Assembly (NCBI GenBank): GCA_010093605.1
Contig: MU004183.1
Location: forward strand, 496,001 to 560,000
From: Lophium mytilinum
Lineage: Eukaryota
Direction of reading: 5' to 3'
Length of the DNA stretch: 64,000 nucleotides
Both the position numbers and the translations under genes were made by a program. Positions within the stretch are counted from its first letter, which is position 1, and the number at the start of each line of letters is the position of its first letter. The notes beneath the pieces are model-generated. The model was not told where the DNA came from. It ran no database searches and saw nothing but the letters and a program-made list of their open reading frames with translations. Of the stretch, positions 23,693-33,887 are shown in pieces.

Positions 23693-24285
23693 CGCTATAG
23701 AGTTTTTTCTTGGTTTATTTAACCAGGTTCGCATGGCGCAATCGGTGTTTGAGAGCATTTCTGGAGTTCATGTCATCGAGATCAGTGCTATTGGAGGGGA
23801 GGAAGCCGTCAATATCTCTTACGTTCTTGGAGACCTTGAACCGTATCTATAAGCAGATTGTCCTTCTGTCTTTATGTCTTTCTCTTTTTGGCCCCTACTA
23901 CTACCTTGTTCACGCACAGATCGTTTCGCTCACATCCATGCCTGCTTGGCGAACCACCCGCCCAGCTTTGCACATTTTCTTCACGGTTTGGCTTAACAAG
24001 AAGCCACATTCGTTCGTCTCAATGAATTGAGACATTGTCCGCTTGCATACACCCTCGAGATTTCGCGGTACACTCTCGCTAGGCATGACTCGGAGGAATC
24101 ACGTCCTTTGGAACGGTGGCTAATATCCGGCTAATCAGCCTTATATGAACTGCATCCTTCTCGGGTAGAGAGGGATCTATGGTAATGAGAGCATTTGGGG
24201 CGCATTTCCCCGCCCGCGTTAGTGAGCTCTTGGGCCGAGACTGGGACTAGAATGAAGTAGATAGAGGGCGGAGGAAGTGTCAGTA

Positions 24286-25560
24286 TGAAGGTACCATTCG
24301 TTCTATGATCTTTTCACCCTCTTTTCGCGAATGCGCATTCTCCAATTCACTTTACCCTTTAGTCTGTCTGACTGGGAAGGAAGCGTTTTTGAGTGTGGTC
24401 GCCGCTTTATTAGGCAGTGTATTAGCTCAGTTGCCGGGGCTGGGGGAAGATGGGAAGTATACTTTAAGTGCAGACGGCATTAGAGCTCAGGTGTGTACTT
24501 TTACTATTTCTCAATTTCTTGAGGTTTAGAGAGATAGTCATGCCAGATTTTGTTTGTTTAATTCGATGTACATTGATGCTAACACTATCCAGTTCATTCC
24601 ATATGCCGCCACCCTCACGAATCTGTCTGTCAAAGGTAAGTAGCATCAGAAGAGCTTCCGGCCCCAGGCTAACCAAAAGATCAGACAAGAATGGAATTGA
24701 AAGAGATATCGTTCTTGGCTATGACAACGCCTCATACTACCGTACCCACCCCTTGATCCCTTCCGTATCAACCGGGCCAAGCTCAATCTCCATCAGCTGT
24801 CGACTCTAGCCACCCCGTATACAATGGAATACCCGGCCCCTACGTCAACCGCATCGGAAATGGTACCTTTACCCCCGTGCGTGCTAGCGTCACCTACACC
24901 CTCTCCAAGAACAAATGGAGCATCAAGATAGAAGCAGCATCGTTGAAAGTCTGAACCCCCATCATGCTAACCCAACACACCTACTTCAACCTCGATGCGT
25001 TCGCGAACCCCAATACTCACACTATTTGGAACCACACGCTGCACCTCCCGCACTCGCACCGCGTGCTCGCGATCAACGGCAACGCGCTCCCGACTGGTGA
25101 GATCGTCAACATCCCCCTCGACGCCGTCGACGACTTCTACTCTGCGCCCCACCAGCTCGGCTTCGCGGACTCGACGCCGGCGTTTGTTGGCCACTGCGGC
25201 GGCGGCGGGTCGTGCGATGGGTATAACGGGGAGTGGCTGGTCGACGCCCACACCCCGGACTCTGCCGTCAAGCTGACGCTCGCGAGCGAGTGGAGTGGAA
25301 TCAAAGCGGATTTGAGGACGGATCAGGAGGGGTTGGTGGTGTATACATGTTTCTGGAGCGATGGGAGCGCGCAGATCAAGGCGGGGCAGGGGTATGAAGG
25401 GGGGCCGCGGAATATCACGAGTGGGGATTGCGTGGCTATCGAGGCGCAGGATTGGGTGGATGGGATTAACCACCCGGAGTGGGGGAGGTTGGATCGGCAG
25501 ATCTGGGGCCCCGGGGAGAGGTATAGCTGGGAGGCGGAGTGGGAGTTTGGGATTGTTTGA
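24286..25560 (+). pseudogene. Secreted aldose 1-epimerase (galactose mutarotase-like), apparently disrupted
   Basis: Spliced reading GKYTLSADGIRAQ/FIPYAATLTNL..KDKNGIERDIVLGYDN/..HPVYNGIPGPYVNRIGNGTFT..TPIMLTQHTYFNLD..CVAIEAQDWVDGINHPEWGR; in-frame TGA at 24952-24954; segment after GNGTFT apparently missing. Start codon uncertain. Confidence 0.75.
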
Positions 25561-26537
25561 GGGGCGTGGTACGGAGGGTGTGCGTTGGGTTGCTTGAAGC
25601 AGAATTGAGTAGGTGTCCACAGTGCCCAAAAGTCCGTGTGGATGTGGTTGATTAGATGGTGTGGGACTAGTATGCTGCGATTCGTGATGTGTCGGTCTTT
25701 ATGTTCATCTTCTGAAATCTTTAAACCCCTGGAGGTGCCTCGGATAGTCATTTATACTTTTGTGGCTCGATTCAGTGTACAAGCGATTAGTACAATTCGG
25801 TATGCCTTGACTTTTATTTTCGATCTTAAAAGACTTGTACCCTTCAGGGGCGTCTTCCGTGATTATCTATCCAATCAGAATGTAAGCTCGCAAAGGCCGA
25901 TTGAAGGGTACGGAAGTAATTGCGATTCCCGAGGCCTCGATCTTTACTTCCAAAGTGTCAAATCATATACCCGCCAGGGGTGTCTTTGATGAATATCTAT
26001 AGCATTTAGGATACGCATGAGGAGTGTAATTTACAGCGTCGTGACCTTAATATTCGATGTATATACTCACACACCCCTTACAGGGATATTCCATGTTACC
26101 TAGGCGATATGAACCATCTCCAGGTATGACCCCACTAGGTAAAGCTGGATCCAGGTATGAATATGAGCATACAGTAGTTACAAGGCTTTCTCTGAGTTAA
26201 GGCTTAGCGAACCTGTGCAGAATGAGCTTGCCTGATCAGCCCGGAGCTGTTCAGAACCAGTGCTTTTTCCAGATAGCCTAAGCCTTCACTGTGCCTTTCC
26301 ATCTTGCGTATCACCTTTTCTTCATCCCTATATCAACCATCGCATTCCTTTGCTTAACGACCGCCCCTTTACCACCACTGCTATTTGTATCCCAGCCAGA
26401 TATATCTATCGCATACACAAACGCATTGTGTCCCTCGCAGTACCACTAACGAAAGGCTGCGAGGCTATGTCTGCCCTTGATCAACCGACGAGCAAAGCCA
26501 AAACCTCAGCCGCTCCTTCACGCACACCGGAACCACA

Positions 26538-27750
26538 ATGAGCTCTCCAAATCCGAACGCTGGTTTCCGATATGATCCACTGGACCTATCGCGTGAAGAG
26601 TTCCGGCTGATTCGTATGACGCGGACCCATCCTAATGCCCTCAGCTGCGAGATGATCGTCGACTGGCTCCCGCTTCACACAATTCACAAAGCCTTGTCCT
26701 ACCAGTGGGGAGAAAAACTCCCTGCCAGGCAAATACTAGTGAATGGCGCGCGATTCACCGTTCGAAACAATCTATACTCGTTCCTGGAGACAATCCGCGA
26801 CGACACCGAGACCTGGTTCTTCATCGATCAGATCTGTATCGACCAGTCAAACGTTCAAGAGCGAAACCATCAAGTGAAATTCATGCGACAAGTCTACAAA
26901 AACGCCGACGAAGTTGTGGCTTGGCTCGGACCAGAGGCCGATCGCAGTTCTCTTGCCATGGCCTACATTTCTGATAAGGCAAGTTTTAGTCAAGAGTATA
27001 CGCAGCACAGGGCGGGGTTTCCAGACTTCGAAAGTTTCCGAAACTTCTATCCGGAAAGACCATATTACTTATTTACTTTGAAATCCCCCCCCCTACAGCG
27101 ACAGAGACTTGGAGAAGGCTTTGGCCTCTCTGTTTCAGCGGCATTACTAGACTCGTATTCGGATCGTTCAAGAAATCCTACTCACGAAAACTGTGGATGT
27201 GCATTGCGGAAATGTTCGTCTCGAGTGGTCAAAGTTCGAGGTGTTCTTCACAATCCCAAAAACTTTCGGCTCTGACCCAGCCGAAGCCCCCAGCTTTTAC
27301 GAACAATTGAGCACCCCTGGGAGTAGCGCGGCGGAAGCTATAGTCAGTGAGAAGGCCGCAATTGAGGATGGCCAAAGGCTAAGCTACATCCTCACTACTT
27401 TCTGCCAATGGCAATGTGAGAAGCCTCATGACAAAGTCTATGCTTTGCTCGGTCTTGTTCCGGCCGACCGTTGGGAACGGATCGTTATTGACTACGAAAA
27501 GTCGCTTTGTCAAGTCTTTGAGGAGGTCGTGTATAGCGTTTTATTGCATGAAGAGTTGCTCCGCATGGAAAGTTACGTCGAATTTGCTCGACTACTGAAA
27601 AGATCTCTGCTTGAGACCGGATTTGACAAGGAACTCTGGGCGTTAGATGTAGCGTCTCATGTCAGAACGACTCATACCATGCAAAGATTAACTCCGCAGC
27701 GTCACCTTCGGCAGCAGCGTAGCCAGTCTAGTTCCTCATTTGAATCATGA
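26538..27750 (+). pseudogene. HET-domain (heterokaryon incompatibility) gene with frameshift and premature stop
   Basis: YDPLD..FRLI, ALSYQWG, FFIDQICIDQSNVQERNHQV..M..VY..A..V.AWLG; the downstream motif LFQRHY*TRIRIVQE lies in a different frame with TAG at 27148-27150; C-terminal CEKPHDKVYALLGL..IDY. Confidence 0.85.
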
Positions 27751-28826
27751 TTTCAGCGTCTTCTCCTAGAAGTCGCAAACAAGAGTTACCGGCTTCAGTG
27801 CAATCAGCAAAATTCGCAAATATTATTAGACATAAAAGCCTTTCCGTGTACTCCTAACCCTTTATCATCGCGCCGGTGCTTGAAGATTAGGCTTTGGAGT
27901 GACCACGTCGGAAGAAGTGACAGATCTGACAGTGACCGAATTTCTGAAAGAGAGTACATGAGACACAAGGACGTACCCATCGATGCGGCCCCTCACAGCA
28001 AGACTCTACTCGAAGTAGTACAAAATATATCATATGAAACCGCAAATAGACTTATTTACGACACCGCGAGTAGAGCGAGGCCCTTTGCGTAAGCAGGAAG
28101 TGGAATGACTGAGCTGACTTGACCACTACTGCTCGAAAGCATGAACGCCTACCGTATAATTTCTGAATATAGGGACGCCACTCTTGGCAGCACTATCTCA
28201 GGCATAAATTTTCGGCGTATCAGGTCACCGCCAGCGAGCTGAATTATGGGCCACACACCTCCTGAGTTGGCCCGACAGCACCGCCTGGACCCACTTCCAA
28301 CGCTGTTGAGTTTTGGGATCAGCAGGCTTGCCAAGACTGGCGTCCCTATGTTCAGAAACTATACGGCAACGCTGCGTTCTGACATGACTGCACACAAATT
28401 AGCGCAAGGGAGGGCGTCGAGGTGCTGTAAGCTGTCAAGAGTGCTTGCTTCGTCGTTCAGATGTTGGAAATCTTCGGGAAGTCCAACTACGACTCCGTAA
28501 CGAGCTGAGCAGACATAGGCTTTGCCGGTGAGGGGTTGTCTCTACACGAGAAGACGGCATGAAAAGGTAGTGGAGCTGATGTATGTTTTAAAGGGTCACA
28601 CGGCTACAAGACCGAGGACGTGCTGCACGTATAATCTCGACTGAACTTATGAGGTATGGTGTGAAGCATTTTGTTAAAACAAGACTGTAAAATAAAGAAG
28701 AACATATTATGTGGAGCAAAGAGATGACATGCTTATGAATCAAACCACAATGAAGAAAGAAAAGATAAACAAAAAGACTACTATGAGCGCTCGTGAATGC
28801 TGAAGATATAGACCACACCGGCATAC

Positions 28827-31580
28827 TCACATTTCTTCATCCACCACAGTACCCACATATCCCTCAAGCCCAGCGACCCCTTTCTCGCCTCTTTCCATAC
28901 CGCCGTATAAACCCGGCCCACCCCCCGGCACGAGGAGTACTTGCGCTCCGTACTCGACGAACTCCCGCGAAGCGATGAACTGGAACGTGACTATCGCAGT
29001 AGCGACGCCATCTGTGCTACTCTCTCCATCAAGGGAACTACCTTCATCGTCATCGAATCCAAATCCGAACGCATCGTCGTCATCTTCGTCGCTAGTGTGG
29101 TTGTTCCTTGCGTGCTCCGTTTCGATCGCCACGGAGACGACTTTGGCCGAAGCGCGCACACTCGCAACATATACGACGACAGCGCTGCCGACTGTGAGGG
29201 AATTAACAGATGACACATGTTTACCCGCAAACCTTGCTTTTATAACGCGCTTGGCCACTGGATTGCCATGGACGAGAACCATGCCTTTACGAACGCGAAC
29301 GATGGCTGGCGTTGAGATAGGTTGGTCCAATGGCACAACGCCAATAGTTCCTACTTGTCCCGCGAGTAGCTTCAGGACCGGTAGGCGTAAATTCCGGAGT
29401 GAGCTAATTTGAACGCGCCGCCATTCATGCTGGTTCTCCTGTCCAGAGTGACGGGATGGACGAAGTGCAGATGAGCCTTTGTGCAGGGCACCGGGGAAGG
29501 AACGAGAAGTTGGTACAGGAGATGGGCGAAGCGGACGTGGTGTAGGACTGGTGCCTATCCTTCCACTGCCACTGCCACTATCGCTGTCGTCGGCAGTATC
29601 CATAGGGTAGGGGCCAAGCAGGAGCTCTTGACCCAAAGACAGTGTTCCATACTGGAGATGACCCCCTACCACCACACCACGGCCCACATCGGGGTCGGTG
29701 TTCGCAAGTGCCTTGCTTGGAGATAGAGTGCTGTAAATCTCTTCCACGTGGAAGAGGGCCGAAGGTAGCTTGCCGGTATTATCGACTGAATGAGAGGGTG
29801 GTGGAGGCATGACCGGCAAGGGCAAAGGAAGCTCGTGGAGCAGTGCATGCAATTTACTAATGCCTGTACCGTTGACCGCGCTAGTAAGCACAATAGGAAC
29901 TGTAGTCGGCGACGCAGTGACTGCTCTAGCTGTCTTGTATGCATCTGCAAGGTCCTTGGATGAAACCACATGCAGGTCTGCCTCATCGACAACAGTCGAC
30001 GCGTCAGATAGGATGCTGGGTTTCCTGCCGGCCGCCTTCAATGCGGATAGGAGGCTTGACAAGGTTTGACGGAGTCCGTTCTTGGTGGCAAGGTCGAGCT
30101 TGGTGATCACCACGACTAGGGGTAGATTTAGGTTCAAGCACAGCTCAAGATGCGCCTGGGATAGGTCCACGTCTGCAGCGGCTAAGCCGAGGACATCTTG
30201 GGACGACGGTGTGCTTCCAACTTTTCCAGAGGTGTCTTCGGAATTGTCAGCAGGTATGCAAAGCACAGTCCAATGAGGTGCCCATCCAACAAGGCCGCGA
30301 ACAGTTGTCCGACGATAGCGAGGATGGCCGGCAGAGTCCGAGAGAAAGACGAGTCTCCCAGACTCCGAGGCGGCATGGATATCTGTCCACGAGGACACAT
30401 TCCCACATGCGTAGTTGACGACTTTGAAACAGTTGGCGGCACCATCTTCGGCCGTAGAGTCGCAATAGCCTATCAGCTCCTGGGTAACCGAGCTAGTCAT
30501 TCCAGAGGCAATCTCATGCCGGTGCTTTAAAAGACTAAGGCGGCTTTTGCCTCTGCCATTGTCAAACGTCGCTGTCGAAAGGCAACCCAATAGGCTTGAC
30601 TTGCCAGACATAGTCGCGCCAGTAAGGGACACCCTGAGCTGGTCCGCAGATGAGGGCAAGCCGTCCGAACCTCCGCTATCGGGCGTGAGGACGGCACCGA
30701 TCGTTAGGCCTGCAGGCTTCGAATCCTTCTCTAGAGCGCCTTTCCTTCCAGGAAGCAGGAGACTGAGATCGGGACGAACAAAGGCTTCGGTGACCCACAG
30801 TGGTCCAATTCGGCGCCTGCGCTGTGCCACTCCGTTCGTGTCCACGTCCTCGAACCATTCACAATCACCGACGTTAACTTTGCGAAGGATCTCCACGAGA
30901 CAGCCCAGACTAGCCGCCATGGCCCGAAGGTTGTTCAGGCTCTCTTCCATCTCGTCTTCAGCTAAACCCACAAAGGTTCCGTCGTCTGCAACACCAATCT
31001 CGTATAACGCACCCTTGCTCTCTTCTAGACCTGGTAAGAGCTTGCGTGGCACGTTAGCGCTAGAGAGCTCCGAGGCGTCCGGTAGGTGCGGAAGGATTAA
31101 GTTGTTTGCAGAAGACGAGTGATACTGTGAAGACTGCTGCAGCCGCCACAGTAATTGTGTGGTCAGTTGCTCTAGACGGTGCTGACGTGATTGGGTGGAA
31201 GACGTGGCTGGTAGGGGACTGGCTAGGTTTGACTCAGAGACACTTCGTGGAGCTGGACATAGTAGGGTTTCCGTGCGGGGGCGATGTGATCCCGACACAT
31301 GTCGTCCGGTGCTAACGCGGGAGAACGACCTGCGGCGGCGAAGGAGTAAATGAAGCTTGTACTCGGTTGGTCCTTCTTGGGGCTCTGCTTCTAGACGCGT
31401 GACAGTGTCATCATGCTGTGTAGCAACTGAAGAGCTGCTGCTACCAACACGCTTGTGACGGGGCTCCACAAATGAAGGATCCTGCGGGATCCTCGACTGT
31501 GGCTTGACCCCTAGTGGCGGGGTGGACCAAGGCGAGGAAACACGCGGAGGATCCGGATCGAACGTGAAAATCGATGCCAT
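28827..31580 (-). CDS. GTP-binding protein of the GTPBP1/GTPBP2 (translation-factor-like) family
   Basis: G1 GATMSGKSS, RHEIASGMTSS, G3 DSAGHPRY, G4 TKLD, TSAVNGTGI; N-terminal LEAEPQEGPTEYK..LTTQLLWRL..ALYEIGVADDG; intronless ORF, first ATG at 31580. Confidence 0.9.
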   Translation of the reverse strand: MASIFTFDPDPPRVSSPWSTPPLGVKPQSRIPQDPSFVEPRHKRVGSSSSSVATQHDDTVTRLEAEPQEGPTEYKLHLLLRRRRSFSRVSTGRHVSGSHRPRTETLLCPAPRSVSESNLASPLPATSSTQSRQHRLEQLTTQLLWRLQQSSQYHSSSANNLILPHLPDASELSSANVPRKLLPGLEESKGALYEIGVADDGTFVGLAEDEMEESLNNLRAMAASLGCLVEILRKVNVGDCEWFEDVDTNGVAQRRRRIGPLWVTEAFVRPDLSLLLPGRKGALEKDSKPAGLTIGAVLTPDSGGSDGLPSSADQLRVSLTGATMSGKSSLLGCLSTATFDNGRGKSRLSLLKHRHEIASGMTSSVTQELIGYCDSTAEDGAANCFKVVNYACGNVSSWTDIHAASESGRLVFLSDSAGHPRYRRTTVRGLVGWAPHWTVLCIPADNSEDTSGKVGSTPSSQDVLGLAAADVDLSQAHLELCLNLNLPLVVVITKLDLATKNGLRQTLSSLLSALKAAGRKPSILSDASTVVDEADLHVVSSKDLADAYKTARAVTASPTTVPIVLTSAVNGTGISKLHALLHELPLPLPVMPPPPSHSVDNTGKLPSALFHVEEIYSTLSPSKALANTDPDVGRGVVVGGHLQYGTLSLGQELLLGPYPMDTADDSDSGSGSGRIGTSPTPRPLRPSPVPTSRSFPGALHKGSSALRPSRHSGQENQHEWRRVQISSLRNLRLPVLKLLAGQVGTIGVVPLDQPISTPAIVRVRKGMVLVHGNPVAKRVIKARFAGKHVSSVNSLTVGSAVVVYVASVRASAKVVSVAIETEHARNNHTSDEDDDDAFGFGFDDDEGSSLDGESSTDGVATAIVTFQFIASREFVEYGAQVLLVPGGGPGLYGGMERGEKGVAGLEGYVGTVVDEEM

Positions 31581-32534
31581 TTTCTTCAAACTTTGAATTT
31601 CTCTGTGTACGTTTCAGAGAGTGTCTGAACAGGTAAGATGGTTGATTTCTTTGGTCTTTTGGTAAGTTTTACACCGCCGTGAGCGAGATAATAACCGGCT
31701 GCTGTGTATTGAGCGGGAGTTCGTGTGAGAGAAATGTGTCCGAAAGAGCTGCGATAATAGGGGAAGCATTTTGAAAATGTGTTTGGTTTGGGTGGTGAGT
31801 CAATCCGTTGGAAGCAAACGAATCGTGATGGCGATGTTGGCAGCGGTGAGGTTGAAGAAGCCGTGAGGCTCACATCAGCGAAGCCATGGGGTACTCTGTT
31901 CGAGATGGGGTTCGTGAGCTAAAGCCGTGTGTGCCATTTGTTGCGTAGTTGGGGATGGGGTTGATGTCGAAGCCTGTTGATGGAAGAGGTGGTGAGCCGG
32001 GTTGGAGGTCTTGGAGTCATGGAAAACCAGCACGTGAGCACCGATGACCACTTCAATATTTGACTCTTTTTAGACTATAGCAGGGATAATGTTAAGATTG
32101 TACTCTGCTATGTCGTCGAGTACACAAGTTTTATTTGATTACAAGGCGAACTAATCTTTTCACGTGATTTAGGCGCTCCCGTTATTCCCCGCGACGCGGG
32201 TCCTGTTCCGTTGTCCAACAACTTCACCAGCAAACTCGCACTAGGTCATATGTGTCAGGGCCCAGTCAGAACACTTTTACTTCTCCCTTGACTGCTAGAC
32301 GCCTTTCCCTTGCCTGGCCCCGTCAAGGAGCTGGGGACGGGTAAGCATTGAGCATCTAGTCGAGCTACCGCATCAGCACAAGTGCATTGCATTTTCCTTC
32401 ACGATCTCTAATTCTGCTCTCTAGACTTTGCTCAGCAATCAGAGTTATGCGGTAGGTACTTCACTGAAATCAGCCCGCTGAGGTGCCTAGTCAGGCACTG
32501 GTACTTGTGAACCCCTATTGACGGTTCTTCAGAT

Positions 32535-33887
32535 ATGCAGTCACCTGCAGGAAACAATCACAGTCCAAATTACCGATGCCTATACGTCAATTGCTCTTGG
32601 AGAGGGCGTAGAGACCGGGCCAAGACCCATCAAAGCCGAACTCACTGGACTTGCGATGACTGCGGCCTCTTGTTCATAGAATATAACCAAAATCAGCACA
32701 CTGAACTCTTTTCCCATGGCCATCATTCTTTCACCGAAGTGCCAGCAAAGACATCGGATACTTTCACCCGTGTGCAAAGAGTGTTGCCTAGCAGACACAA
32801 AGATATGGCCTCGACAAACCCTTTCTTGCAGTCGCTTTTGGATTCAAGCGTAACGGTTGTCTGTGAACCTTCTTCATTGGATTGGCAAGACGATTTTGGA
32901 TCTAGTCCATTAGACGTTCCCAAGATTCTGCCCTTCAACTGTATCCCATGGATAGGTGAGCTACAATGTCTACAAGATGTTCATGACGTTGTACTTGGTG
33001 GAATCCTAGACTATTCTTCCCCACCTACAGTCTATCAGAATGGTGCCGTTTTGGGTGCCGACAAAGGCACTGCTTTCCGACTCATCATCGACAGTCTACA
33101 GACCGACGGCACCACTGCGCTCACTAGTCAGATGGATACGTTCTTCATTGGGCAAAGGGTGCCAGCGCTGTCCAGATACTTCGTCAAACCTGCCTTCCTC
33201 TCTGGTTGGGATTCCTACCCGTCTACCTTCTCTGCATTTATTTTCTCTAAGTTTGCCGAATCCAACCTACGCCACAGCGACAGTTTCTTGTTATACACCA
33301 TTGCGGAAGGCGTTCTGATATGGGTGGTATATCCTCCTAGTGCGGACAACATTGTCGCACTGGGCAAGTTCGAATGGCGAACGAACACGTCCTTCCAAGA
33401 CCTCCACCCACAATTCGAGGGAGGCATTGCCCTCACCCAAATCGCGGGTGATACGGTCGTGATCCCTCCGCACCACATAACCTACACATTTGCTCTCTCG
33501 TCGTGCATAATGTATGGCGCCGCGCTGTCTAACGTGGATCAGCTTCCTAAGAAGATGGCTTCGTTGCGTACAATGAAGACATCGAGCAAGTCCAGAGAAG
33601 AGAGACTATCGACCTTCTGGACCAGCTTCGTAGGGGATCTAGGAATAGCTCTCGAGCGACCAGATATGTCGAAAGTGATCATTGCTGCGTGGCTATCGAA
33701 CAGCAAGATACTAAAGCAGACGCTTCCATTGGAGATGCAACACGAAGACGATGCAAGGTCGCTCATAACGATCTTAGAGAAATTCCTCAAGGCTAAGACC
33801 ATCACAAGCTGCCCTTGCGGCAAACAGAAAGGCACGTCCTTCAGGAAACACTTCAAGCGCAAGCACACTTTCGGCATATTGTGGTGA
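32535..33887 (+). CDS. Protein with C2H2-like zinc fingers and a divergent JmjC/cupin-like domain
   Basis: CLYVNC..THQSRTH and CDDC..QH..SH at the N-terminus; EGVLIWVVYPPS..Q..GDTVVIPP resembles JmjC core strands; C-terminal CPC..KHFKRKH. An upstream exon is possible (acceptor-like TTCAG ending at 32532). Confidence 0.65.
   Translation: MQSPAGNNHSPNYRCLYVNCSWRGRRDRAKTHQSRTHWTCDDCGLLFIEYNQNQHTELFSHGHHSFTEVPAKTSDTFTRVQRVLPSRHKDMASTNPFLQSLLDSSVTVVCEPSSLDWQDDFGSSPLDVPKILPFNCIPWIGELQCLQDVHDVVLGGILDYSSPPTVYQNGAVLGADKGTAFRLIIDSLQTDGTTALTSQMDTFFIGQRVPALSRYFVKPAFLSGWDSYPSTFSAFIFSKFAESNLRHSDSFLLYTIAEGVLIWVVYPPSADNIVALGKFEWRTNTSFQDLHPQFEGGIALTQIAGDTVVIPPHHITYTFALSSCIMYGAALSNVDQLPKKMASLRTMKTSSKSREERLSTFWTSFVGDLGIALERPDMSKVIIAAWLSNSKILKQTLPLEMQHEDDARSLITILEKFLKAKTITSCPCGKQKGTSFRKHFKRKHTFGILW

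Noticed and set aside
26979..27098. GC-AG intron that might repair the HET frameshift
   Set aside because: AG|GCAAGT donor exists, but the acceptors tested either keep the same frame or meet a stop, and the TAG at 27148 remains.
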